A DNA stretch of 35,331 bases from a virus (lineage: Duplodnaviria; Heunggongvirae; Uroviricota; Caudoviricetes): IMG/VR virus record IMGVR_UViG_2703718813_000007; one strand, given 5' to 3'. The position numbers were made by a program, and so were the translations under genes. Position 1 is the first letter of the stretch. Each line of letters begins with the position of its first letter. Shown here in pieces: positions 1 to 9,889 of this stretch. The notes under the pieces are model-generated. The model made no database searches. It was not told the origin of the DNA and saw only the letters and a program-made list of their open reading frames with translations.

Positions 1-1293
<1,293 letters not shown>

Positions 1294-1410
1294 TACCCAA
1301 TTTTTCTGAATCTAAAAAGCGCCTGCGGGTGGTTTTGGTGGTGTATTAACATATTGAAAATAAAGATTTTTTATTTTCATGTGCCCAGATAACGTCCATC
1401 TTTGAAACAA

Positions 1411-1450
1411 AAAGCCCGCAGTTTTTACGCTGCGGGCTTTGTTTTTCTTT
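1411..1450. terminator. Rho-independent terminator hairpin, usable in both directions (3' end of hok unit A transcript; possibly also serS)
   Basis: AAAGCCCGCAG (1411-1421) pairs with CTGCGGGCTTT (1430-1440) around an 8-nt loop. An A-run lies upstream and GTTTTTCTTT downstream. Confidence 0.5.
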
Positions 1451-1531
1451 GTGACTTGCGTGTGAGGGTGCTACTTTCGGCCTTACCCTGGCAACCGATT
1501 GACGGGGGATTACTCCCCCGTCGCGGTTTCT

Positions 1532-1672
1532 TTACTGTTTACACTGTAAGAACGCCGCAAACTCCGCTCCCCAGATGTTCATCCGTATTTCACACAGCGA
1601 ACCATGTAACATCCAGATGATGAGGATTGCCGTCACGCAGAACGTGATGGCCATAAGCGATTTTTGCGACAT
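1532..1672 (-). CDS. hok: Hok/Gef-family small membrane toxin, copy A (46 aa)
   Basis: Minus-strand ORF ATG at 1672 to TAA at 1532-1534, translating to MSQKSLMAITFCVTAILIIWMLHGSLCEIRMNIWGAEFAAFLQCKQ. It has an N-terminal hydrophobic helix and the Hok-family SLCEIR ... E.AAF pattern. The upstream sequence AAAGGAG lies about 11 nt before the ATG. Confidence 0.7.
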   Translation of the reverse strand: MSQKSLMAITFCVTAILIIWMLHGSLCEIRMNIWGAEFAAFLQCKQ

Positions 1673-1828
1673 GGCGCTTGCTCCTTTGTTGGAGAGGCGC
1701 TAACCTATCACTTGCTAAAGGTAATGTGGGTTAGGGCCTCGGGTTAAACAATATGTTTGACTCGGGGCCTTTCCACATCCGGCCTTCAGGTATTCCTTCC
1801 AGCCGTCAGCCGAAAGGCACCCGCATGT

Positions 1829-1857
1829 AATTTACTGATTTCCCTTTGTGTGCGCAA
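1829..1857 (-). promoter_or_regulatory. Candidate sigma70 promoter for the hok unit A mRNA (minus strand: -35 TTGCGC, 17 bp spacer, -10 TAAATT)
   Basis: The plus strand carries AATTTA at 1829-1834 and GCGCAA at 1852-1857, exactly 17 bp apart. The same arrangement recurs in unit B (2303-2331) and, with -35 TTGCAC, in unit C (3026-3054). Confidence 0.35.
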
Positions 1858-1890
1858 TGCTCAGTATTGAAGCTGTTGAGGGGAGACGGC

Positions 1891-1916
1891 AAAAAAAAAG
1901 CCCGCATATTGCGGGC
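1891..1916 (-). terminator. Terminator of hok unit B transcript
   Basis: GCCCGCA (1900-1906), loop TAT, TGCGGGC (1910-1916); the plus-strand A9 run at 1891-1899 gives a T-run after the hairpin on the minus strand. Confidence 0.5.
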
Positions 1917-2006
1917 AATGAAGTCAGTACGCTAACCCAAAAGGGTGCCATATCAGCCGAACCCGGCAACCGGATAGCGGGGGGCTTTCACCCCCGCTGC
2001 GGTTTC

Positions 2007-2147
2007 TTACTGTTTACACTGCAAGAACGCCGCAAATTGTGACCACATGATGTTAAGTCTGAACTCACACGGAGAACGGTGTATCATCCAGACGGTCAAC
2101 AACATGGTTAAGCATAAAATGCTCACGATGATCGTTTTTTGCGGCAT
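2007..2147 (-). CDS. hok: Hok/Gef-family small membrane toxin, copy B (46 aa)
   Basis: Minus-strand ORF ATG at 2147 to TAA at 2007-2009, translating to MPQKTIIVSILCLTMLLTVWMIHRSPCEFRLNIMWSQFAAFLQCKQ. AAAAGGAG precedes the ATG. The conserved SLCE is replaced by SPCE here. Confidence 0.65.
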   Translation of the reverse strand: MPQKTIIVSILCLTMLLTVWMIHRSPCEFRLNIMWSQFAAFLQCKQ

Positions 2148-2302
2148 AGCGCTTGACTCCTTTTACAGGGAGGCGCTAACCTTCCACTTGTCACGGTAGG
2201 AAGTGTTAGGGCCTCGGGTTAACATTTAAGTTGACTCGGGGCCTTTCCACATCCGGCCTTCAGGTAATCCTTCCAGCCATCAGCCGAAAGGCACCCGCGT
2301 GT

Positions 2303-2331
2303 AATGTACTGATTTCCCTTTGTGTGCGCAA
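2303..2331 (-). promoter_or_regulatory. Candidate promoter of hok unit B (minus strand: -35 TTGCGC, 17 bp, -10 TACATT)
   Basis: Positional equivalent of the unit A promoter; hexamers read directly from the sequence. Confidence 0.3.
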
Positions 2332-2615
2332 TGCCTGGCGTTGAAGCAGACAACGCTATCGCACTGGTGATATTCTTTCGCACAGGCTTACTCTGTCCTG
2401 TGTCGGGGCGATGAAAATGATTCTTTCAAGAAAAAAATTGAAATTGAGGTTGTGCAAAGTGGAACGGCTGATAATCCTGAGACGGTTACAAAAATAAAGG
2501 TTTCACGCCCGGAAGATCTTGAAGCGTGTGGTGTTATCGTGGAAAAAATTTGTGCTATTCATGCAAAATCAGTTAATACCACTGCCAGTAACGACCACAA
2601 TAAATACAACTGAAC

Positions 2616-2638
2616 AAAAAAGCCCGCATATTGCGGGC
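2616..2638 (-). terminator. Terminator of hok unit C transcript
   Basis: GCCCGCA (2622-2628), loop TAT, TGCGGGC (2632-2638), with a plus-strand A-run at 2616-2621. Confidence 0.5.
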
Positions 2639-2729
2639 AAATACGTCTGTAATCCAATGGAGAAAGGGGTGCCATATCGACCGAACCCGGCAACCGGATA
2701 GCGGGGGCTTTCACCCCCGCTGCGGTTTC

Positions 2730-2870
2730 TTACTGTTTACACTGCAAGAACGCCGCAAATTGTGACCACATGATGTTAAGCCTGAACTCACAGGGTGAGT
2801 TGTGTATCATCCAGACAATCATCAAAATAGTTATGCATAAAATGCTCACTATGATCGTTTTTTGCGGCAT
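2730..2870 (-). CDS. hok: Hok/Gef-family small membrane toxin, copy C (46 aa)
   Basis: Minus-strand ORF ATG at 2870 to TAA at 2730-2732, translating to MPQKTIIVSILCITILMIVWMIHNSPCEFRLNIMWSQFAAFLQCKQ. AAAAGGAG precedes the ATG. Confidence 0.65.
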   Translation of the reverse strand: MPQKTIIVSILCITILMIVWMIHNSPCEFRLNIMWSQFAAFLQCKQ

Positions 2871-3025
2871 AGCGCTTGACTCCTTTTACAGGGAGGCGCT
2901 AACCTTCCACTTGTCTAGGGTAGGAAGGGTTAGGCCTCGGGTTAAACAAATGTTTGACTCGGGGCCTTTCCACATCCGGCCTTCAGGTAATCCTTCCAGC
3001 CGTCAGCCGAAAGGCACCCGCGCGT

Positions 3026-3054
3026 AATTTACCTTTTACGTCCGTTACGTGCAA
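3026..3054 (-). promoter_or_regulatory. Candidate promoter of hok unit C (minus strand: -35 TTGCAC, 17 bp, -10 TAAATT)
   Basis: AATTTA at 3026-3031 and GTGCAA at 3049-3054 on the plus strand; the -35 sits inside a CCGTT-ACGTGC-AACGG palindrome. Confidence 0.3.
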
Positions 3055-3696
3055 CGGATGACGTGGCTGTTTTTCCTTCCCCTTCGCCATCCTTTTTCGG
3101 AGCAGTTGTGCAAAAGTGTGCAAAAGTGATTTTTGCTGCCACTCCCCGCCAGGCCGCGCAAGTTCTGGCTTTCCTGATTTTTTCGTTTTCGTCGTCGGAT
3201 CCTTTTTCAGATCTTCGATCGTGACGTAATTTTAAAAATCTCTTGTTATTCAGTGCATTAAAATTTTTCGGGATCCTCAGAAAGCCGGAGTTTTTGCACA
3301 CTTTTGCAAAACCTTGCACAAAGTGCAAAACCATTCAGAAGGGAAATCCTCAGTAATGGCGCGCCCTGGCGGGGTGTTTTGCACCCCTTTCGATTTGCAA
3401 AATTTATCGTACACAAATACCGGAGGCGTGTGCGGGGTAGCGCCGATTACGTCACTTTACGCGTTACGTCGCCCCCGAAAATTTCCGGCCATTTGCGGCG
3501 ATTTTGGGGCGCAGAAATCGTTTTCTGATGTCAGGGGATCGAATCGGGCTGGCGGGGTTATCTCTTCGTTACGTGGCGTTACGCGACGTTTTACGTGGGG
3601 ATTAAGTGGGGCGTTTCGTCCATCTTTTTTCTGCTGCGGACGGTTTTTTCGTGGTGGGTGATGTCCGGTGATGAATATTTTTTATTGTCCGGGAAT

Positions 3697-3720
3697 AAAA
3701 AAGGCCACATTGCGCGGCCT
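3697..3720 (-). terminator. Weak terminator after the last tail gene
   Basis: On the minus strand, AGGCC, loop GCGCAATGT, GGCCT, then TTTTTT, immediately after the stop codon at 3735-3737. Confidence 0.3.
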
Positions 3721-3734
3721 GTTAAAGTGAATGA

Positions 3735-5408
3735 TTATTCGATTATTGGTGAATATTTATTTTTAAGCTGGCGGCACTCCTGAGCGACCTGGCTGAACTG
3801 TGCGGCCTGCGGAGACGTGCCCGTTTTGGGGTGGGTATGTGATGCCGTAATATCGGCCAGCTCTTCCACCACATCGGCAAGGTCCGTCAGCATGGTCAGT
3901 ACATTAATGCCCTCGTTTCCCAGCTTCACCGTATCGCCAACCAGCTTCTGCGCCAGCGCAATACTGTGACGGACGCCCTTAATCTTTTCGGTAAGGCTGC
4001 CGCCCACGGTGTCCAGTGTGTCGCCTTCCACGTCGCGCTCACAGGTACCGGCAACCACCATCATGTGCCCGCCCGTGCTGATGCTGTAGTTCTCTTCAGT
4101 GATATGGGTGACTGCGCCAGCCTGAAGCGTGGATACGCCCAGGACGGTGGTTGTGTCGGTTGCCTGTATGGTGGTCTCCCGGCTGGTCAGGCTCCGCGTC
4201 TCCTCGTCTGCGCTCACCACGCGCTCGCGTGATGTCTCCTGTATCCGCTGGTCTGTCTGGCGCTCCCAGTCTCCGGCGACCGTCACGCGCTGCGATACGC
4301 CGTCGCGCTGTTGCTGCAACTGCTCGCCCGGCTTCACGTCGGGCAGATTGTGGCCCTCTGCCATTATCTGGCGGATGAAGGGCTTATCCGCCCGGCCTTC
4401 CACAAATCCCACTTCCACCAGGGTTCCGGGTGGCGGGAACTGGAACATGCCGGACTCACTGCCCGCCATGGGTACGGGGAGGGGAACGGCGTTATAAACG
4501 GGCGTATCCGCTGCCGGGTTGCCGTTCTCGTCAAGCAGCTGGAGATTCACCGCGTAGCGGGGTCTGAACGGGTCGGCAATATTGCCCGCGCTGACGGCTT
4601 CGGTCGGCGCCTCAACACGTGCCAGTTTGGGCAGGTGAAGCCCTGATGCCAGTTCAGGGAAGGCCTTTTCAGCCTGGCGACGGAAAGGGGACTTCTGGAG
4701 GGGGGCGCCGGTGGCTTTATTGCGTGGTGTCCACGTGATGGTCATGTTGTCATCTTCCAGCATGACCATCGTCAGGCGCTGACCGTTCACCTCCACACCC
4801 GGTCGCAGCGTCTGAATCATCGGGAGGGTCATACTGTGTCCGCCCGTTGATGCCTGGCTGAACTCGTGCGGGATGGTGACGGGGCGACCGGAAAACATCC
4901 CCTGCGCGGCGGCAGCGGCCATAATGCCGCCGTCCGGTAACGGATGCCAGATGTAGTCCGGTACGGAGAAAATACGCCCCAGACTGGCCAGCAGTTCGTA
5001 GCCCGTGCCGCTGTGCGTGAAATGCGGAACGGGCCTGTCAGTGTAAGCCGCGTTGTCCGGCAGGATGATTTCCAGCCCGCTGGTCTCACTCAGCCACTGT
5101 GTGACCGTGCGCATTGTCGGGTGCTGAAATGAACAGGGGAAGGGGTGATCAAGGATCCCCGCCATTTCACGAATCAGAAGCCGCACCGAGCCGTTTTCAG
5201 CGGGCTGGCTGCGTTCAACGTATCCGGTAAACCAGCGCACCAGGTCGTTTCCGTATCCGATATCGAGACGAACAGGGCGCCCGGTGTAGTTCTGCTCTGT
5301 TCTGGCCGTGATAAATCCGCGTCCGCACGCGTTCAGCTCAAGCATGACGGAACAGCTGACCAGCTGAATGGTGTCGTTACCCAGTAACAGACGTTTAGTG
5401 GGGTTCAT
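3735..5408 (-). CDS. Baseplate hub-spike fusion protein (N-terminal hub region plus C-terminal P2 gpV-like spike with apex motif), 557 aa
   Basis: The segment GTLVEVGFVEGRADKPFI resembles the OB-fold of the P2 gpV family, and the C-terminal ASHTHPKTGTSP resembles the gpV/gp5 apex motif (HTHKHPGDSGGTTGSP in P2 V as I recall it). Last gene of the tail operon. From memory only. Confidence 0.55.
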   Translation of the reverse strand: MNPTKRLLLGNDTIQLVSCSVMLELNACGRGFITARTEQNYTGRPVRLDIGYGNDLVRWFTGYVERSQPAENGSVRLLIREMAGILDHPFPCSFQHPTMRTVTQWLSETSGLEIILPDNAAYTDRPVPHFTHSGTGYELLASLGRIFSVPDYIWHPLPDGGIMAAAAAQGMFSGRPVTIPHEFSQASTGGHSMTLPMIQTLRPGVEVNGQRLTMVMLEDDNMTITWTPRNKATGAPLQKSPFRRQAEKAFPELASGLHLPKLARVEAPTEAVSAGNIADPFRPRYAVNLQLLDENGNPAADTPVYNAVPLPVPMAGSESGMFQFPPPGTLVEVGFVEGRADKPFIRQIMAEGHNLPDVKPGEQLQQQRDGVSQRVTVAGDWERQTDQRIQETSRERVVSADEETRSLTSRETTIQATDTTTVLGVSTLQAGAVTHITEENYSISTGGHMMVVAGTCERDVEGDTLDTVGGSLTEKIKGVRHSIALAQKLVGDTVKLGNEGINVLTMLTDLADVVEELADITASHTHPKTGTSPQAAQFSQVAQECRQLKNKYSPIIE

Positions 5409-5410
5409 GG

Positions 5411-5953
5411 TTACTCCAGCGCATCATTGACGGGTTTGAGGACCTTTTCTTCGAACCAGGTCATTTTCTCCGGTGTTTCGTCGGCCACGGTCCCGCCTTT
5501 TGCGCCGGGCGTCTGCGGCGTCTGTTTACGGCTGCTGCCGGGGGTGGCGCGTGCCTGGCGTTTTTCCGGTACGCTTCGTCTTTCGCGTAATGTGAAGCTG
5601 ACCTGCCAGGCGAGGCGGTCGGTCTGCTGCTGTGCGTCTATCTGCCCGGAAAATGTCCCTTCACGAAAGTTAATGGCGGCAGCGGTGGCGTTTGCGATAC
5701 GGTAAACTTTCAGGGCACCGTCCCCGGTGGTGGCAGAGGCCAGCTGGAAAATGCGCTGAAGGGCCCGCTCATTGTCAAAGGTGATCATCCCGGTTACGCG
5801 AAGCTCTTTGGCCTTGATGCCCTGCTCGGCGTTCGCGGTGCTCGATGTCTGGCCGGACTGGTCCTTTTCCTGGAACTGCATCGAGGGCGAAATCACCATG
5901 TTCTGCATGAAAATACCCTCACCATCAAGGGCGAGCAGTGCGGTCTGGCTCAT
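5411..5953 (-). CDS. Phage tail-associated protein, function unassigned (180 aa; start may be the internal ATG at 5908)
   Basis: ORF in the tail operon between the tail-fibre assembly gene and the hub-spike gene. The track start overlaps the upstream gene by 29 nt, while the internal ATG at 5908 is preceded by GAGGG. Confidence 0.4.
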   Translation of the reverse strand: MSQTALLALDGEGIFMQNMVISPSMQFQEKDQSGQTSSTANAEQGIKAKELRVTGMITFDNERALQRIFQLASATTGDGALKVYRIANATAAAINFREGTFSGQIDAQQQTDRLAWQVSFTLRERRSVPEKRQARATPGSSRKQTPQTPGAKGGTVADETPEKMTWFEEKVLKPVNDALE

Positions 5954-6650
5954 GGATCATTTTCCCCAGTTCGGTTAATGAGTCTGCCGCCAGGAGTGCG
6001 GCCACAGTATGTACGGCGGTCGGTGCCGGGATATCCTTCACCATGGCCGCCGCTGCGGCGCGGTGATACCCCCGGTACTGAAATACCCAGGCCTGCGCCT
6101 TCTGTTCTGCCAGTGTTCTGATCCCCTCTTCCAGTCCGGCAAGTGCGCCAGCCCGTCTGCTGATAAAGCGGCTTATCTGGCGGCGAAGCCCTGCGGCATC
6201 CGGGCGTTGTGCTGCCAGCTGCCTGGCCTGTGCTGCACGGGCGGCACTGACTGCGCTGCGTATTGTGGAAACGGAAAGATGCACAGGTGCGGGCAGGGTG
6301 TCGGTGGTGATCGGGATTTGCATTTTGTCAGTGCTCAGACTGGCGGCAGCCTGTGCCATGCGCTGTGCCTGCGTGAATACCGGCACGGGCAGAACGGTGG
6401 TCAGTGCCGCCATTGACTGTATAAAAAGATCGTGGGTGTTTTCGGCAATCATGATAATGGTCACGTCGCCGGATGCACGGCTTCCGGCCATTTTCCCGGC
6501 CAGCCAGTTTATGGCGTTCGGAGGGCTTAAATATACCCCCGATTCTTCATATCGTCCCAGCCCGTAAGTCCACGGTGTGACGGGGATGACGGAACAGCTC
6601 AGCGGGGGCATGTCAGCGCTGACGCTGATTGTTTTTCTTGTCCACGTCAT
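5925..6650 (-). CDS. Phage tail-associated protein, function unassigned (241 aa, Ala-rich)
   Basis: ATG at 6650 preceded by GGAGG, 11 nt after the stop of the tail-fibre assembly gene. Same strand and operon as the tail genes. No motif recognised. Confidence 0.4.
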   Translation of the reverse strand: MTWTRKTISVSADMPPLSCSVIPVTPWTYGLGRYEESGVYLSPPNAINWLAGKMAGSRASGDVTIIMIAENTHDLFIQSMAALTTVLPVPVFTQAQRMAQAAASLSTDKMQIPITTDTLPAPVHLSVSTIRSAVSAARAAQARQLAAQRPDAAGLRRQISRFISRRAGALAGLEEGIRTLAEQKAQAWVFQYRGYHRAAAAAMVKDIPAPTAVHTVAALLAADSLTELGKMIHEPDRTARP

Positions 6651-6661
6651 GGTGCCTCCGG

Positions 6662-7258
6662 TCAGCCTGCGTGATGATCCGGCGAAGGGGATTCAGGCCA
6701 GACAATATCCGGCGCGTTGCCCGTGTCTGTCCGGTTCAGTAATACCCGGTATTTTTTCCACAGGGGAAGCAGGGCGCTTTCATCGTCGGTCGCCATATTT
6801 AAATCCACGGCATCCTGGAGGATGTTTATTGTATTTGTTGCTTCCTGTATTAATTCCCGTTTTTTGTTCTCCGCCTCGCTCACCCGGTAAGCCTGTTCTG
6901 CTGCTTCATCCTTAACCCATGATGAACCATCCCACCGGCAGAACTCCCCGTCCGGTTTTATTTCTGTCACGTTTTCCGGTAACGGGCCCGGCTCAGTAAT
7001 CAGTAAGGCGCTCCCCGACTCCAGACGCCAGACGGCTTTACCCCGGTGATCTTCCATGAGGTGCCAGGCGTTTTCATCCTCATCAAAGATAGCCACGTGT
7101 CCTTCAGGAATGTCAGGCGGGGCAATGTCCGTTGAGTGCGCAGGCAGTCCGGTATGCGGAGGGATCCAGGCATCGCCTTCGCCGATAAATTCATTTGTTC
7201 CGGCTGACAGGTTGTAGATTTTAATTGTCTGTGGGTGTTCGCTCATTTTAAAGGTCAT
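6662..7258 (-). CDS. Tail fibre assembly chaperone (lambda Tfa-like), 198 aa
   Basis: The N-terminus [48 protein letters not shown] matches the lambda Tfa family start as I recall it. Its ATG overlaps the tail-fibre stop codon. Confidence 0.85.
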   Translation of the reverse strand: MTFKMSEHPQTIKIYNLSAGTNEFIGEGDAWIPPHTGLPAHSTDIAPPDIPEGHVAIFDEDENAWHLMEDHRGKAVWRLESGSALLITEPGPLPENVTEIKPDGEFCRWDGSSWVKDEAAEQAYRVSEAENKKRELIQEATNTINILQDAVDLNMATDDESALLPLWKKYRVLLNRTDTGNAPDIVWPESPSPDHHAG

Positions 7259-9318
7259 TATGCAAGCCTCACGATGTAGTTAAATGCGATGTTTTTGACG
7301 GTGTTTTCCGCATTACCGGTGGGGTTAATGGTCAGGCCGTGGCCATGTTGACCCAGTGCGAGCGTGTGGATGTGTTCGCCAATGCTTACCGAATGTGTGT
7401 GTTCCGAAACTCTGGCGATCAGGTTCGCCCCGGAGCCCGGCCCGTATGCGGTCCAGTCACCGCTGCCTTCCGGTGACGCGGTGGCGGTTCTTAATGATAT
7501 TGTTGCGCTGAACGGCCCCGCGCTGTTTGTTGTTTTTGTGCCGTAATTGAAGGATGAGGTCGTTTTTGTGCCAAGGTCAGTATTTGAGACGCTCCCTCCG
7601 TGGGTGTGCGATTTGATGCCGTCCTGCTCCTGTGACAATACCGCACGACCGCTGGCAGGTTTTCCCTTGATTGTCCAGCCACGCATATCCGGGATACGAC
7701 CATCCGGATAGGCTTTTGCCAGCAGGGGATATCGTGCTTTATCGAATGTCTGCCCCACCATGATGGCGTAACCGGCAGGTGGGGTGTCTGACGGCCACGG
7801 CAGGGGAACGCCTGCGGGTAACAACTCACTTGCAGGCAGTGCGCCGATGTCCTGTGGTGTGGGTTTGTTTTTGTCCGTGTAAGTGCGGTACCAGATGGTG
7901 CTTTTCCCTTTATTTAAAACAACCCCGGTGAACTGTGTGCGGAGGTACATGTCGGCAGGGTTTGGGCTTTCGAGACCTGTCGTGATCCTGATGATCCCCC
8001 CGTTGATGTCGCCTGATACTTCGATAAGGCAGCCTCCAAGGCAGATATCACCATAGCCCGTATCAGTGAGCACGCTGTGCCGGGAAAGTGAAATATTGGC
8101 TTTGAATATCCAGAGTCCTGGTCTGAAGGCGCCACGTTCATTCAGCCATTCCACGAATTGTTCTGTTGTCCAGCGTTGCCCTGCTTCACCCACGTACCCG
8201 TCTTTTGCATAAACGCGTGGTGCGCCCACGTTGATCAGGAACAGCTCCTTGTTGGGGATGTCCTCACCATTGCGGTTTTTCGCAAGCCGACCATCGGCGT
8301 TGTCCATGGCGATCTTTATAGCCTTTGGCGTGGCTGCCTGTGTCTCTGATGTACTGGTGGTGGCGCTGCTTAACTGTGTGAAGCCCTTTTCTTTCAGCGT
8401 TGCGTCCGGGTGGTTGCGTGATTTCTCGTGTTTTTTCAGAGCGTCCAGCCAGCGGCGTTCTTCCGGCGTTCCTCTGGGGCGCAGGTCAGTCACGTTGCCG
8501 TCTTCATCAATGTCAGCAAGGGCAAAAAAATATTGCCGGGCGGCCTCCTTCCTGTGTGCTTCCAGCAGGATCTCTTCCGTGGCGGCGGGGTCGGCCATGA
8601 TAATATCGTGCTCCACCGTCCATTCACTGGTGAGCGTACCGGTCCACCATACTGTCAGCCAGATACGGGACGGGAAGTCTGGCGTGGTCAGCGGTATGTC
8701 TTCGGTCAGCTCTGCGCGTAATCCCTCCACGTAACCGGTCCCTTTGCAGAGTGACCATCTTTCGCCTTTTTTAACCAGCCAGCCGTCCCCAAAGAATGCA
8801 GCGTTACCGTAAATATCGATGTTTTCCCGGCGCTGGCGCTCGTCCATGGCCGCCAGACGTGCCGTGAAGTCTATCTGCCAGGTCTGCGCCGGGGTGGTGA
8901 TACCTGTGGCTTCCTTCGCACCGCTGTACTCCATGAGCATGGAACGGACCAGCACATTACCTTCGTTACCGTTGTGGGTTCTGATTTTTTTCTGTGTGGG
9001 GGCGTGAACAATCATGGCCAGCGTGCTGGTTGCTTTGCTGACCAGTCCCACCCAGTTAAATTCAAAATCACCCAGCTCTGCCCCCAGGGTGACCGAATAA
9101 ACCACGGCATTCTCATTCACCACGCCGGTTTTGCCAACGGCCTGGCGGTGAACAATCTGATCTTCAGGCGGCAGGGTTTCGTCGGGGGATACCGGTGTTT
9201 CCGGGTTGAGGTCCGGGACGTTTGCAAAAACAAACTCATCCAGCACAACGGGGGTGCCTTCCGCCGCCTGCTGTGCCTTGAGCCGGATAAAGGCGCTGGT
9301 AATTACAGATTTCGCCAT
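7258..9318 (-). CDS. Tail fibre protein, 686 aa
   Basis: Contains the tail-fibre shaft motif [33 protein letters not shown] (shared with the P2 H family) and a C-terminal receptor-binding region ending [24 protein letters not shown], as in lambda Stf-type fibres. AAGGAG precedes the ATG at 9318. Confidence 0.85.
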   Translation of the reverse strand: MAKSVITSAFIRLKAQQAAEGTPVVLDEFVFANVPDLNPETPVSPDETLPPEDQIVHRQAVGKTGVVNENAVVYSVTLGAELGDFEFNWVGLVSKATSTLAMIVHAPTQKKIRTHNGNEGNVLVRSMLMEYSGAKEATGITTPAQTWQIDFTARLAAMDERQRRENIDIYGNAAFFGDGWLVKKGERWSLCKGTGYVEGLRAELTEDIPLTTPDFPSRIWLTVWWTGTLTSEWTVEHDIIMADPAATEEILLEAHRKEAARQYFFALADIDEDGNVTDLRPRGTPEERRWLDALKKHEKSRNHPDATLKEKGFTQLSSATTSTSETQAATPKAIKIAMDNADGRLAKNRNGEDIPNKELFLINVGAPRVYAKDGYVGEAGQRWTTEQFVEWLNERGAFRPGLWIFKANISLSRHSVLTDTGYGDICLGGCLIEVSGDINGGIIRITTGLESPNPADMYLRTQFTGVVLNKGKSTIWYRTYTDKNKPTPQDIGALPASELLPAGVPLPWPSDTPPAGYAIMVGQTFDKARYPLLAKAYPDGRIPDMRGWTIKGKPASGRAVLSQEQDGIKSHTHGGSVSNTDLGTKTTSSFNYGTKTTNSAGPFSATISLRTATASPEGSGDWTAYGPGSGANLIARVSEHTHSVSIGEHIHTLALGQHGHGLTINPTGNAENTVKNIAFNYIVRLA

Positions 9319-9340
9319 AAAGTCATACTCCTTCAGTCAT

Positions 9341-9889
9341 TCACTCTGCCCTGGCCGTCCAGCAGATATACTCCCCTTCGTATGCGCCATAATGGATGAT
9401 GAAGGGGTTAAGGGTTTCCACCTCAAAACGGTAACGGCGGCATGTCCTGCCATATTTGCGGATGATCTCCAGAAGAAGATCGCTGTTGTCGGCTATCTGG
9501 CTGTCTGTCACCTGCACCAGGATCACATCCCAGTCCACGCCGGGCTTGCGCTCCTGCAACTCCACATGTCCAATGCCCAGCCGTTCAAAAATGGCAATAA
9601 ATCCTGCCACCTCTCCGGCGTCCTGTGCATTGACAAAGGCGTGGGCGATACGGCGGCGGTACAGTGATGTGGGTTCACTTTTAAAACGGGTGATGTCCCG
9701 CTCCCATGCCAGTAAATCAAGTACGGGCTCTGCACATGTCATGGGGTCAAACTGGCGCACGGGCCAGGTGATCCATTCCCATACGCGGGACCAGAACGCC
9801 TGCGCGGCCCGCAGCAGTTTGTCGGGTTCCCCCCTGTCCATCCAGGAGGGCAGTTTCAGCGAGCGAAGTCGCTGCAAAAAGTCATTCAA
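9341..9889 (-). CDS. Baseplate/tail protein I-like (DUF2313/YmfQ-like), 182 aa; TTG start
   Basis: Lies between the baseplate J-like gene and the tail fibre gene, as P2 I / Mu gp48 do. The start codon at 9889-9887 is TTG with GGAGG 6 nt upstream. Family assignment is by position and size. Confidence 0.55.
   Translation of the reverse strand: MNDFLQRLRSLKLPSWMDRGEPDKLLRAAQAFWSRVWEWITWPVRQFDPMTCAEPVLDLLAWERDITRFKSEPTSLYRRRIAHAFVNAQDAGEVAGFIAIFERLGIGHVELQERKPGVDWDVILVQVTDSQIADNSDLLLEIIRKYGRTCRRYRFEVETLNPFIIHYGAYEGEYICWTARAE

Larger units (their letters stand above)
1402..3030 (-). repeat. Tandem array of three hok-like type I toxin units (about 1402-1895, 1891-2340, 2616-3030), with a unique 275 bp insert at 2341-2615
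   Basis: Three copies share near-identical blocks by direct inspection: GCCCGCA-loop-TGCGGGC hairpin, CCGAACCCGGCAACCGGATAGCGGGGG..CCCCCGCTGCGGTTTCTTACTGTTTACACTGCAAGAACGCCGCAAA, the toxin ORF, and GGGCCTCGGGTTAAAC..TTTGACTCGGGGCCTTTCCACATCCGGCCTTCAGGTAATCCTTCCAGCCGTCAGCCGAAAGGCACCCGC. Confidence 0.8.

Noticed and set aside
1402-3027. Plus-strand track ORFs overlapping the hok units (1402-1620, 1848-2042, 2519-2701, 2770-3027)
   Set aside because: They run antisense or across terminator hairpins of the repeated units and are not conserved between units in frame; the minus-strand Hok ORFs explain the conservation.
1673-3030. Possible mok-like leader ORF upstream of each hok ORF
   Set aside because: A minus-strand ATG in the conserved leader opens a frame of 30 codons in unit C but only 15 and 8 codons in units A and B, so it is not conserved as a coding frame.
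1402-3030. CRISPR array
   Set aside because: The repeats are 400-480 bp units containing an ORF, not short repeats with unique spacers.
3500-3560. tRNA 3' fragment as attachment site (GGGGATCGAATCGGG)
   Set aside because: The resemblance to a tRNA T-arm is partial and no acceptor stem or CCA could be assembled.
3029-3661. Track ORFs in the junction region (3029-3334 minus, 3304-3528 plus, 3314-3661 plus)
   Set aside because: No SD, odd amino-acid composition, mutually overlapping, and the region is dominated by repeats; treated as non-coding.
8231-8734. 167 aa plus-strand ORF inside the tail fibre gene
   Set aside because: Antisense to a well-supported gene, with a low-complexity Ser-rich translation.
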